NCBI GenBank assembly: GCA_965208325.1
Contig: OZ242326.1
Coordinates: 2,016,001 to 2,080,000, forward strand
Direction of reading: 5' to 3'
DNA length: 64,000 nt
DNA from: Candidatus Poribacteria bacterium
GTDB lineage: Bacteria > Poribacteria > WGA-4E > PCPOR2b
Shown: one piece after another, positions 59,501 to 64,000 of the stretch
Numbering within the stretch: position 1 is the stretch's first letter
Layout of the letters: each line of letters begins with the position of its first letter
Notes under the pieces: generated by a model
What the model was told of the DNA's origin: nothing
What the model saw: only the letters and a program-made list of their open reading frames with translations
Database searches by the model: none
Position numbers and translations under genes: made by a program

Positions 59501-61211
59501 CAACACCACCTACAAACGCTTCGTCATTGAACCTATCTATTGCTTCTTGATAGGCGACGATTGAATTCTGCAGCAGTGATTCATTGAACACAGCGTCAGA
59601 ATCTCCTTCACGGTAATCTGCCGGTTTGCTAGCTTCGTAGTAAGCACGCCCTTCCTGAAATTTTCCAATCAACTTAATGGTGTGAAATTTCGGCAACTCC
59701 GGATATGCCCAAAGTTTTGCATATTCTGCTGCCGCTTCGGCATATTGTTTGAAGTCGTTAAATTTCATCTCAGCGAACTTAAGCTGCACTTCGGCTGCGA
59801 GAATATCGAACTCCGGATCGGCGCGGTGTTTATCTATAAATTCGCGTGCGACCCTTTCGAGTTCATCCTTTCGTCCGAGATCGTTCAATGCCCAAATTGC
59901 GCCGTAGAGTGCATGAGGCGCAACGGGATCTGTTGGGAATTCATCAATCGCTGTTTGATACCACTGCAGAGCCGTTTCAAAGTATCCTACCGCTTGATCG
60001 TTCTGACCGGAGAGTTTCAGATTAGTTGCCAATTTATAGTGGGATTCGCCCATTTGATAAGTAACATAGGGCTTAAAGTCAGTATGATCGGGGTGTTCAT
60101 CAAGGACGCGCTGGTATGCCGCGACCGCTTCATTCCAGTCTTGCAGCTTGAAGTAGCTATCTGCGATTCCCAACTTGCCCTCAGCGACGAAGTTGCTTTC
60201 AGGATACTCTTCCAGCAGCTTATTATAAGATACAATAGCATTTGGATAATCTTCTTGATCGTAATACGTGCGGCCAATCGTCGCCTGAATTTCAGCCTGA
60301 AGATCGCGGTCTTCCGTGTTTTGCAAAGCGAGTTCATAGTTGACTCGGGCGTTGTCATAGTCTCTCTGTTTCGCGTAAATCGTACCCATATCGAAGTATG
60401 CCGCGGTGACGTATTGGCTATCGGGGAATTTCGTAATGAATGTCGAGTAGCGCCCAATGGCTTCTTCATCACGGGCAAGTTGGTTCAAACAGAAAGCCGC
60501 TTTATACATCGCTTCTGCTTGCAACTCCGGGTAATTCTTAAATTCTTCGGTGGCCAGCTTGTCGAATTCCTGATAAGATTGCTCGTAGTTTTTTTCATTA
60601 AGAAAAGATTGGGCAATTAGATGCTGTGCGTCATCTTTGAAATCCGAGTTTGGAAACCCGTCGAGCACCTCCTTAAATGCATGGCGGGATTCTTCATACT
60701 TTTGCAGCTTATAGTTAAGTTGGCCGATTGCGTACCAGGCGTTTTCAACAAACAAGCTATTTGGGAAGGTTTCGATTAACGCCTGAAATTTGGGTTCTGA
60801 TAGCTCGAATTTTTCTTGCTTGTAAAGAATATGCCCCCAGAGGTAAGTTATACCCTCTTGGTGTTTGGGCACGCTCGCGTCCGCGGCAACTTTTTCAATA
60901 TATTCTACCGCCGTGTCATAGTAGTTAACATCTCCCGATTGTTCGGCCCATTTGGAATAGCTGACCGCAATCTTGTAATGTGCGAGTGTGTGGAAATCCC
61001 TATCAATGACTTCAGTTTTAACGCCCCATTTTATTGATTCTTCAAGGGCTTGGTTATATCCATCGATGGCGCGTTCATAATCAGCTTGGCTAAAGTGTTC
61101 CTCTGCATCATTATATAACCGTTCGACCTTCTTGGAACTGCCGGATGGCCAAAACAGAACAGCGAGTAAAGCAACTCCGCCAAGTATTCCTAGTGTTTTC
61201 GGGTTCATCAC
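56532..61211 (-). CDS. Very large membrane-anchored or periplasmic TPR protein (BamD/CpoB-like repeats)
   Basis: N-terminal hydrophobic helix; repeated ..FP.S....A.Y TPR caps over 1559 aa. Confidence 0.85.
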   Translation of the reverse strand: MMNPKTLGILGGVALLAVLFWPSGSSKKVERLYNDAEEHFSQADYERAIDGYNQALEESIKWGVKTEVIDRDFHTLAHYKIAVSYSKWAEQSGDVNYYDTAVEYIEKVAADASVPKHQEGITYLWGHILYKQEKFELSEPKFQALIETFPNSLFVENAWYAIGQLNYKLQKYEESRHAFKEVLDGFPNSDFKDDAQHLIAQSFLNEKNYEQSYQEFDKLATEEFKNYPELQAEAMYKAAFCLNQLARDEEAIGRYSTFITKFPDSQYVTAAYFDMGTIYAKQRDYDNARVNYELALQNTEDRDLQAEIQATIGRTYYDQEDYPNAIVSYNKLLEEYPESNFVAEGKLGIADSYFKLQDWNEAVAAYQRVLDEHPDHTDFKPYVTYQMGESHYKLATNLKLSGQNDQAVGYFETALQWYQTAIDEFPTDPVAPHALYGAIWALNDLGRKDELERVAREFIDKHRADPEFDILAAEVQLKFAEMKFNDFKQYAEAAAEYAKLWAYPELPKFHTIKLIGKFQEGRAYYEASKPADYREGDSDAVFNESLLQNSIVAYQEAIDRFNDEAFVGGVEDGRYDDFAERPQQVEACKMNQALAHEKLDQWNDARALYASIPSGSENYERAQLLIAQSHVREGNPSQAVAAYQSILDSLSPDNRSLAEIKLADLLRSEGRFAEAAVQYESIVARNPEGEYADDAQYLIGLCYYKAADDDSALLEKSVVAFQKVIEQYGDSPNAIEGYYGLVLAYRDLAKQGDASLWPNVLEVADLAAAKYGNSDDDKIRKTLGHIDLVKATAIEQQGIESEEDMAAHLASLKRIANNTAAPEDARSRAQLKVGHSLYSAKEYEKAIPEYQMFVEMFPGNELLKNALYQIAVCYYQLGQDASDDGTKKLSFQNSANYAMQAVETNPGVDAMISAYYTLGLARFGLDDSMGAIEAFQKTTAYEGQTEDEARQSLIHQAHTRLAELNTSVGNHAAAVEEYQHVIQNTDDADRKGRSYFAMAYAQDAHLQQYSDALLNYQNAVQLVGDALVKAQSYYRSGLIYETKLTELENALQAYEVVTTDFANESDKNIQAMVADAGIRKSDLYVKLGRLDEAIAQAEMARQAAQTVPQKVSAQYNLGFLYFDRAYQLFSDQVGADMKPYILGSREAAATYLKVHEIAAPIENAEKAVIPFVQNALFQAGQISYSIGSQIKLTEEPKVDLETATDALTLFMDYVDKGIFPASNELTDNIMTALTYIGSAYFELGRIQLGLDAEYSDQTVAYFERAVPSFKELVRRFPNAGDAPLWQYQAGESYFAAQKFLKAIDEYGKVRGLSPQHEKAAESLNAISASYSRLAEDAGDDAEMKEKWNAKIFDINEILAKNYPDTPYAAQAFINLGNDYFNQGSVQDMENAERIRLYDLAVEQYRRALKVPGIDQDSKNTASGYLVETETALASSFYIQTSDNFDKAKGTRGDAQKPALEKVIAEFNEIINAYPNTKYGDLSLAQIGEAYMVLADQDDNYYNDALDWFDKLWKKYEIEPPVSPQVNKVLRRAQQQIASITSYMKSQGIPRRTGSGSSGE

Positions 61212-61300
61212 AATCTCCTTTTGAGTTTTAAGTTAAGCATAAGGTATTAAGAGGCGTTAACGTCTATCACCTCGTAGCTTCAGCTAAAGTATTTGCAGGG

Positions 61301-62221
61301 TCACAAAATTTTCTCGAGTGATAGATCCGGCAACTGAACATCCGCCAACACTCCACTCGTAAAGCTGCTCGACCGGTTATCTTTCCTTTCAAATCTATAA
61401 GAAATGTTAATCACCGCCCTTAAGGGTTGCGAATAATCTACTCTAGAGAGGTAAGGTTCCGGGGTTGATAACTGAGCGAAAACCAATGAATCTGAAGATG
61501 AATCATGAGTTATAATCTCTTTGAGTCCCTCGCCATCATTTCCAGAGGTAGGAGGAGTCCCATTCCAATCCAAGTATTCTGTAGTCAAATCAGTAAGGTT
61601 GGATTGTCGGAGTGTTTTATGAACGAACCGATTCGGTGAAGATGGGGATATTGTCGCGATTTTTTTAAGATTATCCCTAACAAGATTACGGTCCATTTCA
61701 ACATGTGCGTGATAACTCGGCGGCGCATTCAAAAACTGCGGCGCACCAGGTGGATAAAGCCGTTCGTTGCGACTTGTTTGAAATCCTTGGTACACCAACA
61801 GCGTCGTGAGCATAACGAGAAAGATGACCGCATAAGCGGGCGATAATCTCGCCCATCGCCAACTCCACTGAACGGGGTGTCGAATTAGCGAATTCAGAAA
61901 GAAACAACACCGGTCGAAAATCCTTGGACTTCCAGCTACAAATAACAACGATCCAACTAAACGCCTCCACCATGTGGGCCGCGGTCTTTCCTCTATCACT
62001 CGCTGGAGTTGCTGCCAAAACAAGCTGTCATAACCATCGGGGGGAGTCGGGGGAACGTAATAATGGAGTAATGCCTTCGTATTTCTTAAGGACTTCACTT
62101 CTTTCCGACAACCGCGGCAAATCCCAAGGTGTTGCGCAATGGCGACAGTTTGCCCCCTAGAGAGTGTACAGTCTATGTAGTCAGATAAGTAACGCTGAAC
62201 GGATCGGCACTGAGGTTTCAT
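61301..62221 (-). CDS. Anti-sigma factor with zf-HC2 (ZAS) domain and TM helix
   Basis: C.....LSDYID..L......QHL..C..C motif; downstream of ECF sigma. Confidence 0.8.
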   Translation of the reverse strand: MKPQCRSVQRYLSDYIDCTLSRGQTVAIAQHLGICRGCRKEVKSLRNTKALLHYYVPPTPPDGYDSLFWQQLQRVIEERPRPTWWRRLVGSLLFVAGSPRIFDRCCFFLNSLIRHPVQWSWRWARLSPAYAVIFLVMLTTLLVYQGFQTSRNERLYPPGAPQFLNAPPSYHAHVEMDRNLVRDNLKKIATISPSSPNRFVHKTLRQSNLTDLTTEYLDWNGTPPTSGNDGEGLKEIITHDSSSDSLVFAQLSTPEPYLSRVDYSQPLRAVINISYRFERKDNRSSSFTSGVLADVQLPDLSLEKIL

Positions 62222-62264
62222 GATTACCTCATTCTTCTAATGAAACAAGGTACAGCCTAAAATC

Positions 62265-62855
62265 TTACGGAGAGAGATTAGTCAATTCCACATAAGATTT
62301 CAACCGCTCCCTGAGTTTTTTTCTGGCGTAGTGCAAACGAGATCTTACAGTGCCCTCAGAACAGTTGAGAATCGACGCAATTTTGGCATGCGTTAATCCT
62401 TCAAACTCGTGCAAAATTACAACCATTCGATGCTTAATTGGCAAACTATTTACTGCCTGAGTAACGTGTCTTTGTAGTTCTTTCCTTTCAACACTCAAAT
62501 GAGGGTTATTCCTAAAATTGGATGCACGCTTCAATTCTGAACGAATTTGAGTTTCGGTTGTTCCAGATAGCGGGGCTTCACGCCGGCGTTCCCGGCGTTT
62601 GACAAGGTTTATTGCCTGATTGACAACAATGCGATAAAGCCAAGTTTCAAAGGCAGATTCCTTCCGAAAGCTATGAATCGATTCATAAACTTTCAAAAAC
62701 GTATCTTGCATGACATCGTTAGCGTCTTCGTGATTTTTGGTAATCTGGAAAGCTAGACGGTAGACATGCCTTTTGTGTTTCTCGACAATAACCGCTAACG
62801 CCGTCATATCTCCTGCGCGGAGATCTTCGATAAGCAAACATTCGGTTCGTTCCAC
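62265..62855 (-). CDS. ECF sigma factor (sigma70 group 4)
   Basis: DA.DVMQD.FLK, F.TWLYRI..N and GTVRSRLHYAR motifs. Confidence 0.95.
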   Translation of the reverse strand: MERTECLLIEDLRAGDMTALAVIVEKHKRHVYRLAFQITKNHEDANDVMQDTFLKVYESIHSFRKESAFETWLYRIVVNQAINLVKRRERRREAPLSGTTETQIRSELKRASNFRNNPHLSVERKELQRHVTQAVNSLPIKHRMVVILHEFEGLTHAKIASILNCSEGTVRSRLHYARKKLRERLKSYVELTNLSP

Positions 62856-62893
62856 TGGGCATTATCTCCCTAGTTTTCCACTTTCAAGTTATA

Positions 62894-62922
62894 TTAGACA
62901 ACGAAGGCTCAAAAACCGTTCA
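62894..62922 (-). promoter_or_regulatory. Putative autoregulatory ECF promoter
   Basis: Minus strand TGAAC-N18-GTCTAA about 40 nt upstream of the sigma gene. Confidence 0.6.
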
Positions 62923-63005
62923 AAAAATTTTGGATGTTTTCTCATGCCCATTAAGCAGCCAATTTCCGTTGCCAGGAAAACGAAAATCTGCGGAACACCG
63001 CGGTG

Positions 63006-64000
63006 CTAATCACATGTGTAACTCAGCAACAATTCCCGTTTAGGCGGCGAGACACGGTGGTTGGCTAAATTTCGTTGATTCATATAATACACATGGATGG
63101 ATTGAAGTTGTTCCATTTCGATGTGCGACTCGTTCCACCGGCGGCACAAATACTCTCCATAATGGATTCTATATGGGTCTCCCAACTTTACGAATTTCCG
63201 CATATACCTCCGCCACCGTGCGCTCTCGTAGAGCGAAATCACCAGATCGGGTTTTTCCCACAGAACTTCTTCCCCAGGCTTCAAAAGGTTTACCCTCGTA
63301 CCGTCTTTCAGTTGCCCGGTGATAACGAACCATCCATTTTTTTTCGACGGTCCTGCGAACACCCCCCAAGCCTGATCCAACCCAAGGGCATATCCAACTG
63401 GATTGATAACATCAGGGAAAAACCGATAGAGCGGTTTGTTGGCGGTTCGAAGGTTCCAAAACAACACGTAAATCATCAGAAACACAACGGCGCCATTCAA
63501 CAGGCGCGCCCAAATCGTCTTGTTTCCTTGGCGATTGAGTGCGGGTGACTTTATTTTCAGGCGATCCCAGACCCAACTTGGAATGAATAGAAGCCACGCA
63601 GCGCTACAGATATATCCGAACAGCCACAACTCGAGACAAAGCCCCATGCCCAAGTGAAACAACCAAAACGCCGCGATGATACCGCACCGAATCGGCCCCT
63701 TGGCAACAATGGGGAACAGTGCGAGCAACGGCCCAAATAGCTCAAGCCCCAATGTGCCATAGTTGAGCAACTTCAAAATGATTGGGTTAGCATCAAGAAG
63801 CCACTTTCCGATGGGCGTCACATACCGATCGAGCATCAACGCATAATAGACACCGTCACCTTGGATATACCATGTATTGCGTGATTTCAATAACCCAGCG
63901 AACCAGTATATTATGCAGACCTGCAGCAGTATTGCCGCTGCACTTATGGAACGGACAGCGCTTGAGGCGCGGCGGGAACCCCGGTTCCGACAAGCATCAA
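63006..64000 (-). CDS. HTTM-domain membrane protein (5' end outside window)
   Basis: Frame is open to the window edge (LLQVCIIYWFAGLLK); W..G..VYYAL, FH.G, LDQAWGVFA and RWRRY motifs. Confidence 0.75.
   Translation of the reverse strand, partial: DACRNRGSRRASSAVRSISAAAILLQVCIIYWFAGLLKSRNTWYIQGDGVYYALMLDRYVTPIGKWLLDANPIILKLLNYGTLGLELFGPLLALFPIVAKGPIRCGIIAAFWLFHLGMGLCLELWLFGYICSAAWLLFIPSWVWDRLKIKSPALNRQGNKTIWARLLNGAVVFLMIYVLFWNLRTANKPLYRFFPDVINPVGYALGLDQAWGVFAGPSKKNGWFVITGQLKDGTRVNLLKPGEEVLWEKPDLVISLYESARWRRYMRKFVKLGDPYRIHYGEYLCRRWNESHIEMEQLQSIHVYYMNQRNLANHRVSPPKRELLLSYTCD

Noticed and set aside
59682..60620. 312-aa plus-strand ORF and similar long antisense ORFs inside TPR, alaS and selB genes
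   Set aside because: Shadow ORFs opposite well-supported genes, with no motifs.

Overview
Bacterial chromosomal window; tandem LamG proteins with a C-terminal AVQPxGKxAxxWGxIK tail, PhyH dioxygenases and many TPR proteins suggest Candidatus Poribacteria (inference, not verified). Core loci: selA-selB-selC (tRNA-Sec), hemE/hemH/hemY, larB, alaS, rpsB-tsf-frr-cdsA-dxr, and an ECF sigma/anti-sigma pair. Intergenic DNA is rich in GTAG/GTGG-footed REP-like palindromes that form composite and tandem repeats. The main finding is a ~2.0 kb element (about 17878-19875) carrying two paralogous DUF1670-like genes and no recognisable transposase. It has 13-bp terminal inverted repeats and is inserted in the loop of a hairpin inside a ~352-bp tandem array. 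It also shows an A-AAA-AAG -1 frameshift signal that could fuse the two genes, a promoter overlapping one inverted repeat, and a predicted 13-8-13 end junction, so it is a candidate new family of mobile element. Also found: a split AhpD-like CxxU selenoprotein with a SECIS-like hairpin, a ferrochelatase with a four-Cys insertion, a TPR protein with an antitoxin-like tail coupled to Doc, and an in-frame amber stop before an L7/L12-like domain. All family names come from motif recognition by eye; no searches were run.
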